From assembly GCA_965242695.1 (NCBI GenBank), contig CBDESU010000001.1:1344001-1408000 (forward strand): a stretch of DNA of 64,000 nucleotides, written 5' to 3'. This DNA comes from Cenarchaeum sp. (GTDB lineage Archaea > Thermoproteota > Nitrososphaeria > Nitrososphaerales > Nitrosopumilaceae). A model generated the notes under the pieces. The model was not told the DNA's origin, searched no databases, and worked only from the letters and a program-made list of their open reading frames with translations. A program made the position numbers and the translations under genes. Numbering within the stretch: position 1 is the first letter of the stretch; each line of letters opens with the position of its first letter. Below, piece after piece: positions 35,956 to 47,900 of this stretch.

Positions 35956-38900
35956 TCACGCGGGCCGGCCTACCCACCGGCCCGCACGCGCCGCCTGCCC
36001 GCTGCGGCCCCTCGACACCGCCCGCACTGCAACCCACGCCCCCGCTGCCGGCGCCCCGATGTACATCCCGGCCGCCAGCAGCACGGCCGCAGCGCCGTGC
36101 GCCGCAACGGACGCCTCAGAGTCGGGGTCGGCCATCGCCGCCACCTGCAGTGCATGCAGCAGCGGCGCAAGCAGGGCCGCGGTCGCCTCCCTTACCGCGG
36201 GATGCTCGCGCTCTAGGTCGGCCACGTGCGGCGAGAACGCATAGTATACGGCCGAGAACGCCGACATTGCGGCCTTGCCGTGCCCCGTCGCCATGAGCGT
36301 CGCATCCCTGTACTCGCGCAGCGCCTGCACCTGCGGGGCAAGCTCGGTCCCGTACGCGGCAGTCGCGACCAGGCAGCCTCCGCCCTCTGGGTCGTCCGGC
36401 TCTGGCGCGGCATCCGCATCGCGCGGCTCCGCGCCGGGCGCCGCGTCTGCATCCGGCACGCACCTGCCGCCGCTCAGCACCATGCCGTCCCTGCATACGA
36501 TCTCGGCTGGCTCCCCCGCGGATCCCGCTGCCGCCGCCTCTAGGTGCGCCTCTACGCAGCCGGCGGCCGCCCCCACGGCCTCGCACACGTCCGCGTACTG
36601 GGGGTACGCCGCCCCGAACCACTCGCGGTACTCGGCCTGCTCTGCGTACCGCTTGACATAGTACGCCGCGCCCCTGCCCTCTTCCATCTCGAACGCCGGG
36701 CGGCCGCCAACGTCGCCCGCCCCGGGCTCGGCCTCGGCTGCCGGCTGCCGCGGCTCTGCGGCGGCGCCGCCGTCTCCGGCGTCCGCCCCGGGCTCCGCAT
36801 CCGGCTCTGGCTCGGCCACGGCCGCCCCCGGCGCGGCGGACGGTGCGGCGCCCGTCCCGGCGCCAGCATCGCCGATGCCCGCGGCCGCATCAGGCGCGGC
36901 CGCGCCCGCGCCCATGCCGCCGCCATCCTCCTGCCCAAAGGCGGCCTCGCCCGCGCAGGCGCCGCCCGTGCGCACGACCTCGGACGCCGTAGAGACGGCC
37001 CTGCCGTCGGCCGAGACGGCCCTGATCGACAGTATCAGGTCCTCGGGCAATGCGGCCTCGTATACGGCCATGCCGGATGCGCCGCGCTCCAGGACCAGCT
37101 CGGCCTCTTCCGACCCGCCCGACGAGAGGACCGTAACCGTCGGGTCCGGCGCCGCGCCGCCGACGACTATCCGCACCGTCCCCTCGGTGCAGTCCCAGGT
37201 GGCCGAGTGCAGCACTACGGCCGACGGGCCGGCCGGCAGGGGCGATCCGCCGCCTCCGCCGCCTCCGCCTCCGCCGCCCCTGCCGCCGCCTCCGCCCCCG
37301 CCGCCAAAGAACGGCACGCCGCCCGGCGGCTGCTGCCCGCCCGGCGGCTGCTGCCCGCCCGGCGGGACGACCACCACGACGGGCGGCTGCGGCGGGGGCG
37401 GCGGCGCGCTCGCGTCCCGCACCGTCCCGAACAGAGTCAGGTGGTACGTGTGGATGACCTTGTCCCTGTTGTCGGCAGAGTCGATCTGGCACTCGCCCGA
37501 CCCGCCAAGCTGCGCGTGCACCGCACCCGTGTCGTCCGCATCGCATCGTGCGCCGATCGGCGTCACCGTCGCGTTCCCGCCCGTCGTATTCACGTAGAAC
37601 GCGTGGCCGCCGGCCTGGCCCGACAGCAGTATGCGGACTGGCAGGTCGAATACGATGTGGGTGCCCGGGTCGCCGACCTCGACGACCCTGCCGACCGATA
37701 TGCGTGTAGTGTCGTTGTGGCCGAACGCGCCGGCGAACGCGTTTGCCACCCCCGTCGCGTTGACCGGCTCGGGCGCGACGTACAGCTCTAGCACGCCGTC
37801 GGCAGGCAGCGCCGTTGCCGTCACGTTCGGCGGGAACGAGACCTCGGCGAACGAGGCGACGACGGCGACGGGCGCGCCGGCCGGGAACATTGCCGTTCCT
37901 CCTTCTCCCGGCGGGGCGCCCGCCGGCGGCGCCAGGCCCGTCACGTTGATCGCCGGGCGCGCCGACTCGCCCGAAGAGGTCGCGTCCACTATCCTCTCGA
38001 ACCTGTCGGGGTCGATCTCTACGACCCTTACGGGCTCGGACGGCGGGACGACGACCCTGTCTAGGCCCTCGGCGGCCGCATCCACGGGTATCGTGTCGTT
38101 GTCGAACACGGCAAGCGTGTTGTTTGCGCCGATGACGGACGCCTCTAGCGCGGCGAGCAGGTTGATCGACCCGCCCTGGCCGGGGCCGACCGGGGCGCCG
38201 GCGAACCGCACCGTGTGCTCGGCAGTCCCGATGCCCGACTCCGAGATCGCATCCCGGACAGACTGCACCGACCCGTTCGGATACTCTACGACTATTCCTC
38301 CGTACACCGGCCCCGAGTGCCCGCGCGGCGCGCCGAGGGCGGCCGAGTATTCCACGGTCACCTCGTTTGGCGAGGTAAACGAGGCGCTCGCCGACGCCTG
38401 TACGCGCGTCGGCGGCGCCTGCCCGTCGTCAAGCTGCTGCGCTATCCGCCCGCCCGGCATGGCGTTGCCGGCCCTGTCGAGGACCAGGGCGCCGTCGATC
38501 GCGACCGTGCCGGTCGTGCCCGGCAGGGCCGGCGCGCCGGCGAACTCGATGGCGTGATCCTCCGCGGCGCCAGCGGTAAAGTCGGTTATGGCGCGGGCTC
38601 CGCCCGGCTCCAGCACGAGATCGGCGTACGCGGGCGGGTCGGCCCCCGCACTCACGGGCTCTGTATACCGCACGGTGGCGCTGTTCGGCCCCGTGACCGC
38701 CGCCGAGATAATTCCGGGGGCGATGCCGTCGGCGACGGCGACCTGCGTGTCGGGCCGCGGCTCGTTGCCGCCCGCGTCCAGGACGAGCAGGCCGCCGTCG
38801 TACGACAGCACGACGCCGTCGGGTCTCGTGTCGGGTAGGCTCCCGTCCAGCGCGAGGACGAGGACGGCCGATCCCCCCGATATGTCAGACCGCGACTCCA

Positions 38901-41900
38901 CGGACAGGCCCGCCGCATCCCCGCCCGACACGGACCAGCCGCCGGCGCCGTCCGTGCCGGCCGCGCTGACCGGCTCGTCAAACTCTACGCGTATCGTATC
39001 CAGCGATACGGCCGCGGCGGCCGATATGGACGGGTTCTGGCCGTCCGCCAGGGTCTCCGTCCGCTGCCCGGTGCCAAGGTGCCCGCCGAGGTCGTTCAGG
39101 ACGGCAGTCTCGTCGATCCGCACCGAGCCTGTCGCGTTCGGCGGCGCGCCTGCCGGGTCAAAGTTGAGGAGGTGCCTGGCCATGCCGCTCCCCTCGAGCG
39201 TCCCGATGGTCCTGTTCGCGCCGTCGACGACGAGCATCGAGTATGCAGACTGCGGCGCCGTGACGGGCCGGTCGTACTTTATGGTCGCCGTGCCCGGGCC
39301 GGTGACTCTGGCCCACTCGATCGACGGATTCCTTTCGTCCACAAGTTCCTCCATACGGTTGGCGTTGGTGCCGAGGCTGTTGGCCGGCGGCGCGGCCAAG
39401 TCCAGCACGGCCGTCGCATCTATCGTGATCGTGCCGTTGGCGTCGGGCGGGGCGGGATCTCCGCCGAACGTCACAACGTGGGTCGGCGTCGAGCTGCCGT
39501 CTAGCGAGGTGAATGTACGGGTGCCGCCCGGCGAGAAGGCCAGCCCCTTGTATGCGCCCACCTCGGCGGCGACCGGCTCGTCGTACATGACGGTCACGCT
39601 GTTGCCGCCCGCTATGATGGCCCTCACGATATCCGGTCGCTGGCCGTCGTCCAACCGCTGCGTGTACGAGGCCTCGGTACCGAGCGCATTGCCGGAGCCA
39701 TCGACCAGTACGGTCTGGTCGATGTCTATGGTTCCGGTGGCGTTTGTCGCCGACACGGCGCTGAATGTCATCTCGTGCGTTGCAGATGGGGCGCCCGTGG
39801 GGCCTGTTGGCGTGCGGGCCCCGCCCGGCGAGAGGACCAGGTTCGAGTACGCGGATGCGACGCGGACTACCGGCTCGCTGTACGTGATGGTGATGGTGCC
39901 GCTTCCCGTGATGCGCGCAGACGCCACATTCGGCCGCTGGTTGTCTTCCAGATCCTGCGGGTAGGAGGGGTTGTTTCCGAGGGGGTTGCCGAACGCGTCG
40001 AGCAGCGCTGTCTGGTCGACGGTTAGGGTGCCCGTCGCGCTGGTGGCTGCGGGCTCGCCGTCGAACGTGATCACGTGCGCCGCGTCGGCCGCGCCCGTGG
40101 GGCCCGTGACTGTGCGGGCCCCGCCCGGTGTAAGGACTAGGTTCGTGTACGCGGATGCGACGCGGACTACCGGCTCGCTGTATATTATGGTGATGGTGTT
40201 TCCGGCCGTGATGTTTGCAGAGAGGACGGTTGGCGCCCTGGCGTTGGACAGCGGCTGCGGGAAGGCGGTGGAGGTGCCGAGGGCGTTACCGGCCGCGTCG
40301 GCCAATATTGTCTGGTCGACTTGTATGGTGCCCGTCGCGCTGGTGGCTGCGGGCTCGCCGTCGAACGTGATCACGTGCGTCGTATCGGCCGCGCCCGTGG
40401 GGCCCGTGGCCGCGCGGGGCCCGCCCGGCGTGAGCACGAGGTTCGAGTACGCGCCCGCCACCCTAGTGACCGGTTCGCTGTACGTGATCGTCAGCTCCCT
40501 GCCCGCCGTGATGCGCGCCGAGTCGACATCCGGCCTCTGGCCGTCGTCCAGGGCCTGCGAAAAGGTCGCAGAGGTGCCGAGGGTGTTGCCGGCCGCGTCG
40601 GCCATGGCGGTCTGATCGACGGTTATGGTGCCCGTCGCGCTGGTGGCCGCGTCTGCTGTGGTGAATGTGATCACGTGCGTCGTATCGGCCGCGCCCGAGG
40701 GGCCCGTGGCCGCGCGGGGCCCGCCCGGCGTTAGGGCCAAGTTTGTGTACGCGGAGGCGACTCGGGTGACCGGCTCGGTGTACTCTATGGTGACGTTGCC
40801 GCTTCCCGTGACCTTGGCGGAATTGACGGCCGGCCTCTGGCCGTCGTCCAGGGCCTGCGAAAAGGTCGCAGAGGTGCCGAGGGTGTTGCCGGCCGCGTCG
40901 GCCATGGCGGTCTGATCGACGGTTATGGTGCCCGTCGCGCTAGTGGCCGCGTCTGCTGTGGTGAATGTGATCACGTGCGTCGTATCGGCCGCGCCCGTGG
41001 GGCCCGTGGCCGCGCGGGGCCCGCCTGGCGTTAGGGCCAAGTTTGTGTACGCGGAGGCGACTTGGGTGACCGGCTCGGTGTACTCTATGGTGACGTTGCC
41101 GCTTCCCGTGACCTTGGCGGAATTGACGGCCGGCCTCTGGCCGTCGTCCAGGGCCTGCGAAAAGGTCGCAGAGGTGCCGAGGGTGTTGCCGGCCGCGTCG
41201 GCCATGGCGGTCTGATCGACGGTTATGGTGCCCGTCGCGCTGGTGGCCGCGTCTGCTGTGGTGAATGTGATCACGTGCGTCGTATCGGCCGCGCCCGTGG
41301 GGCCCGTGGCCGCGCGGGGCCCGCCTGGCGTTAGGGCCAAGTTTGTGTACGCGGAGGCGACTTGGGTGACCGGCTCGGTGTACTCTATGGTGACGTTGCC
41401 GCTTCCCGTGACCTTGGCCGACTTTACCGCCGGCTTGATCTCGTCGGCGACCCCTACCATTCCGCTAGTGTCCAGCCTGTTGCCGGCCTCGTCCACGAAC
41501 CGGATCGTTGTGGGGGTGCCCCAGGTGTAGGACACCGAGACCCCGGTCGGATCGGTGTCGCTCAGGTTCCCGCTCAGCGTAAGGTCCAGGACGGTTGATC
41601 TCGACGATATGTCCGCCCTAAACGACACAGACAGGCCGCCCGCGTCGTCGCCCTGTACGAACCAGCCGCCGTCGCCGGAGGTGCCCGACGCGTTGACCGG
41701 CTCGTCGAACGTGATGCGTATTGTGTTTAGCGATATGGCCGTGGCGGCGGAGACTGAGGGGGCCTGGCCGTCGGTCAGCGGCCGGCCCAGCGGGGCAGTT
41801 CCCAGCGGGCTGTTGTTCTCGTCCAAGATGTTTTGCGCCGCGATCCTGATCGAGCCCGTCGCGCCAGAGGTCGCATTGGCATCCGTAAAGTGGATCACGT

Positions 41901-44900
41901 GCGCCTCTGCGCCGGCTCCGCCGTCCAATCCCGTCACTGCGCGCGCCGCGCCGTCGATCACGAGCGACGAGTAGTCGCTTTGCTGCGCCGTGACCGTCCT
42001 GCTGTACGTGATCGTCACGTTGCCGCTTCCCGTGACCTCTGCGGAGATGATCGACGGCGCCCTGTAGTCGGTTAGGGTGAACATCTCCGTGCCGGCCCCC
42101 ATGCTGTTGGGATACGGCGAGGCGCGATCCAGCACGGCCGCCCCGTCTATTGTGAGGGAGCCGGTCACGCGGAGGGGGGCAGGATCCCCGTCGAATGTCA
42201 CTACGTGCGTGTCCGTCGTGTTGCCCGTGAATCCCGTGACCCTGGGGTTTGTGGTGCCGATCACAAGGCCCGAGTACGCCCCCTCCGACGCATTAACCGC
42301 CTCGCTGTACCGGACGGTGAGGTTGTTGCCTCCTGTGACGGCAGTGCGCTCTACCGTGGGCCTCTGGGAGTCGAGCAGGGTCTGCGGCAGCGTGCCCGTT
42401 CCCAGTGCGATGCCGGCCGCGTCGGCCAGGGCGCCCCCGTCCACGTCCATGGTGCCCGTGGCGTTTGTCGGCACAGAGTTGCCGTGGAACGTGATCGAGT
42501 GGGACTCGTGGATGGGTCCCGGGAGGCCGGTAAGCATGCGAGGTCCGCCAGGCGAGAGGACTAGGTTTGTGTACGCGGACTGTACCTTCTTTACCGGCTC
42601 GCTGTACGTTATGGTCAGGGTATTGCCGCCCGTGACGTTGGCAGACAGGATTTCCGGCGCCTGGCCGTCGGCCAGGGTCCGGGAATAGGACGAGTCGGTG
42701 CCAAGGGCGTTGCCGACCGCGTCGGCCAGGGCGGTCTGGTCAATGTCTATGGTCCCCTCCGCGCTGGTGGCCGCCTCGGCGCCCGTGAACGTGATCACGT
42801 GCGCCGCGTCGGCCGCGCCCGTGGGGCCCGTGGCCGCGCGGGATCCGCCGGGCGAGAGGACTAGGTTAGAGTACGCGCCAGAGGGTCGGGTGACCGGCTC
42901 GCTGTACGTGATGGTCAGGTTGTTGCCGCCCGTGACGTTGGCAGACAGGATTTCCGGCGCCTGGCCGTCGGCCAGGGTCCGGGAATAGGACGAGTCGGTG
43001 CCAAGGGCGTTGCCGACCGCGTCGGCCAGGGCGGTCTGGTCAATGTCTATGGTCCCCTCCGCGCTGGTGGCCGCCTCGGCGCCCGTGAACGTGATCACGT
43101 GCGTCGTATCGGCCGCGCCCGTGGGGCCCGTGGCCGCGCGGGATCCGCCGGGCGAGAGGACTAGGTTAGAGTACGCGCCAGAGGGTCGGGTGACCGGCTC
43201 GCTGTACGTGATGGTCAGGTTGTTGCCGCCCGTGACGTTGGCAGACAGGATTTCCGGCGCCTGGCCGTCGGCCAGGGTCCGGGAATAGGACGAGTCGGTG
43301 CCAAGGGCGTTGCCGACCGCGTCGGCCAGGGCGGTCTGGTCAATGTCTATGGTCCCCTCCGCGCTGGTGGCCGCCTCGGCGCCCGTGAACGTGATCACGT
43401 GCGTCGTATCGGCCGCGCCCGTGGGGCCCGTGGCCGCGCGGGATCCGCCGGGCGAGAGGACTAGGTTAGAGTACGCGCCAGAGGGTCGGGTGACCGGCTC
43501 GCTGTACGTGATGGTCAGGTTGTTGCCGCCCGTGACGTTGGCAGACAGGATTTCCGGCGCCTGGCCGTCGGCCAGGGTCCGGGAATAGGACGAGTCGGTG
43601 CCAAGGGCGTTGCCGACCGCGTCGGCCAGGGCGGTCTGGTCAATGTCTATGGTCCCCTCCGCGCTGGTGGCCGCCTCGGCGCCCGTGAACGTGATCACGT
43701 GCGTCGTATCGGCCGCGCCCGTGGGGCCCGTGGCCGCGCGGGATCCGCCGGGCGAGAGGACTAGGTTAGAGTACGCGCCAGAGGGTCGGGTGACCGGCTC
43801 GCTGTACGTGATGGTCAGGTTGTTGCCGCCCGTGACGTTGGCAGACAGGATTTCCGGCGCCTGGCCGTCGGCCAGGGTCCGGGAATAGGACGAGTCGGTG
43901 CCAAGGGCGTTGCCGACCGCGTCGGCCAGGGCGGTCTGGTCAATGTCTATGGTCCCCTCCGCGCTGGTGGCCGCCTCGGCGCCCGTGAACGTGATCACGT
44001 GCGTTGTATCGGCGGCGCCCGTGGGGCCCGTGGCCGCGCGGGATCCGCCGGGCGAGAGGACTAGGTTAGAGTACGCGCCAGAGGGTCGGGTGACCGGCTC
44101 GCTGTACGTGATGGTCAGGTTGTTGCCGCCCGTGACGTTGGCAGACAGGATTTCCGGCGCCTGGCCGTCGGCCAGGGTCCGGGAATAGGACGAGTCGGTG
44201 CCAAGGGCGTTGCCGACCGCGTCGGCCAGGGCGGTCTGGTCAATGTCTATGGTCCCCTCCGCGCTGGTGGCCGCCTCGGCGCCCGTGAACGTGATCACGT
44301 GCGTTGTATCGGCGGCGCCCGTGGGGCCCGTGGCCGCGCGGGATCCGCCGGGCGAGAGGACTAGGTTAGAGTACGCGCCAGAGGGTCGGGTGACCGGCTC
44401 GCTGTACGTGATGGTCAGGTTGTTGCCGCCCGTGACGTTGGCAGACAGGATTTCCGGCGCCTGGCCGTCGGCCAGGGTCCGGGAATAGGACGAGTCGGTG
44501 CCAAGGGCGTTGCCGACCGCGTCGGCCAGGGCGGTCTGGTCAATGTCTATGGTCCCCTCCGCGCTGGTGGCCGCCTCGGCGCCCGTGAACGTGATCACGT
44601 GCGTCGTATCGGCCGCGCCCGTGGGGCCCGTGGCCGCGCGGGATCCGCCGGGCGAGAGGACTAGGTTAGAGTACGCGCCAGAGGGTCGGGTGACCGGCTC
44701 GCTGTACGTGATGGTCAGGTTGTTGCCTCCCGTGATGCGCGCCGAGACGACCTCGGGCGCCATCCCGTCGGCCACGCCCACCGCAGTCGAGTTCAGCTCG
44801 TTGCCGGCCGTGTCTAGGGCAGAGCCAGAGTCTTGGTCGTACGACACCTCTACCGCATCGGGCACGGTGTCCCTCAGGTTCCCGCTGAGTGCGAGCACGA

Positions 44901-47900
44901 CCGTGCGCGGATCGCCCGGCAGGGCCGCCCTTGACAATACCATCAGGCCGGCGGTCCCCGTGTCGGCTCCCGACACCGACCAGCCGCCGGCGCCGCCGCC
45001 CGAGTCGGACACATCCTCGTCGAAGAGCACGCGTATCTCACCGCGCGAGACGGCCGTCGCGCTCTCGATGCCCGGCGCCTGGCCGTCGGTGAGCGTCAGG
45101 TTTTCCCTGCCGACAAGAGTGCCGAGCGGGTCGATTACGAACCAGCCTGCCGCGTTCGGCGGCGCATCGTCTCCGTCGAACAGGATCACGTGGCGATCCG
45201 TCCCGCCCCCTGTGTAGTCCGTAACGTTCCTGATCGTGCCGTCGATGCTGAGCTCGCCGTGCTCGAGCTGCACCGCAGCGGCGCTGAACCGCACGGTCAG
45301 GTTGCCCGGCCCCGTGACCATGGACGCGAGGACAGAGATGGAGCGGCTGTCCGAGACGGCCTCTACGCTGTAGCCGACTCCCATCCGGTTGGGCGGGTCG
45401 GCGTAGTCTGCCACGGCCGATGCGTTTATCGTCACGTTTCCCTGCGAGCCGCGCGGGACGGCCGCATCCCCGTCGAGTGTAAGCACGTGCTCTGCCGTGG
45501 TGTTGGCGGCAATCGAGGCGATCTCAAGGGTCGTGCCGCCGGCCAGCGAGACGTTGGCGTACGCCTCGCGCGGGGCCCCGACCGGCTCGTTGTACGTTAT
45601 AGTCACCTCCCTGTCCCCAGTGAGGTTGGCCGACTTTACGAACGGGACGATCCCGTCGGCCACGCCCCGCGACGCCACGCTTGCCAGCTCGTTCTCCGAC
45701 AGGTCGGTGACGGGGTGCATGCCGGCCTTTGCGTACGACAACTGCACTCCCGTCGGGTTGTCGCCTGGCAGCGCCCCGGTGAGCGTGAGGGTGAGCTGCG
45801 GCGCCGGGTAGTCGCCGATGTTCGTCCTGCTTTCCACGTCAACTCCGGCCGTGGCGGCATCGCCGCCGCTCACGGACCACCCATCTGCCCCCGTTCCGCC
45901 GCCGCTGTCGCGATCCCTGACCGGCTCGTCGAATTCAACAAGTATTCTCGCCTTGTCATCCTCCGCACTGCGCGACACGACCGAGGCGCGCACGATCGTA
46001 GGCGGCTGCCCGTCGGCGAGGTTCCACCCTGCAAGCCCCGGGCCGGGCCCGACGGCCCCGCCGCCCATGCTCTGTATGGCCGCCTCGTCGACGTCCATGG
46101 TGCCCGTCGCGTTCGCAGCCGCGCCGCCCGGCCTGAATGTTATCGTGTGCGTGGCCGAGCCGTCGCCGTCGCCGCCGGCCAGTCCATAGACGGTGCGCCC
46201 CACGCCGCCGACCACGACGTTCGTATAGTGCGAGTCGAGCGCCGTGACGGCCCTAGTGTACCTTATGGTGATCTCGTCGCCCCCCGTGACCCTGGCCGAG
46301 ACCATGGCCGGCATGCGGGTGTCGTTCTCAAGATTGATTCTCTTCGCTTCAACGTCTCCCAGTCCGATTGGCGGCATGGCCAGGTCGAATACGGCGGTCT
46401 CGTCTATCACCATCGAGCCCATCGAGTCGGCGGGGGCATCTGCCCCCGCAAACACGACCACGTGGCTGGATGTCCTGTTGTCCTCTAGGTCTGTAAACGT
46501 GCGGGTGGTGCCGTCGTTGAATCTCAGATCCGAGTACGCAGATGCATCGGCCGTAACGGGCTCGCTGTAGTTGACCAGCACGCTCGTCGCGTTCCGCACG
46601 GCGGCCCAGTTAAACACGGGCGGCTGGCCGTCGGCAAGAGGATATTCCAGGCGGCCCGCGCCCAGCGCGTTGCCGGCGGCGTCGACGATCAAGGCCCTAT
46701 TGGTAATGGGAAGCCGTCCGGTCTCTCCGGTGTACGAGGCGGCGCCGGGAGTAGCGAACGGGATCGTGTGCACATCGCTCCGGCCGGTGGCGGGGGGGTT
46801 TACTGTCTGGAGCCCACCCCGATCCAGTGTGACGGTGCTGTATGCGCCACCGGTGTCCTCAACCGGCTCGCTGTACTCGACCGTGATGTAGTCGGGGTCA
46901 GTGATGACGGCGCGCACGAGCACTGGCGCAATGCCGTCGAGCACATCCTCCGCCGATGCGAGGACGAGCGCGTTGCCGGCGGCGTCGGTCAGACCGGCCG
47001 TATCGTCGTACGACAGCTCTGCGTCGCCGGGGGCCGTGGTGGAAAAGTTGCCGTCGAGCGCGATCTCCAGCTCGTCCGTCCCGTCGGCCAGGTCCGAGGA
47101 CACGGACAGTACGGAGAGGCCCGCCGGGTCGGTTCTGTCGACCGACCAGCCGCCGGCGCCCGTGACACCCGTGGCGTTGACCGGCTCGTTGAACCTGACG
47201 AGTATCCTGTCGAGGCCTACGGCAGTGGCATCCACGACGAGCGGATCCTGCCCGTCGGCCAGGTCCCGGGTCTTGGTCGAGTTGCCAAGCGCCTCTCCCG
47301 TCCTGTCAAGGACGGCGGCCTCGGCGATCCGGATCGTTCCCGTCGAGTTCGGCTGCGCATCGGCCGGCGTGAACGATATGATGTGCTCCCTCGACCCGTT
47401 CACGCTGAGCGGCTTTTGTATCGTCCTGCCAGAGCCGTCGATGCTGAGCATGTCGTACGCCGTGTCGGGAACCGTGACGGACTTGGTGTACCTGATCTCC
47501 ACCGTCCCGTTCCCCGTGATGCGGGCCGATATGATCTCGGGCACGTGGCCGAACGGTATGTCCAGCTCCTGCACATCGTCGTCGAGTGGGTTGGGCGCGG
47601 CGGCCAGGTCGAAGACGCGCGACCCGTTTATCGCTACGCTGCCGGTGGCGTTGGCGGGGACTACTGCGCTCCCGTTGAACGTGATGCGGTGCGTGTCCGT
47701 CCTATCGCCGTCAAGCCCGTCGTTGCTGCGGGCGGTGCCGTTTACCACAATGTCAAAGTACGCCGACTGCGGGGCCTCGACGGGCTCGCTGTACCCGACC
47801 GTAAGGGTGTTGCCGGCCGTGACGTTGGCCGAGACCACCTCGGGCGGGCGCCCGTCCTCGAGGTCGACGGTCGGGCCGCCGGCTAGCTCGTTCCGGGAGT

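Noticed and set aside
33543-36500. Diversity-generating retroelement TR/VR pair
   Set aside because: No reverse transcriptase in the window; the differences include indels and are not adenine-specific.
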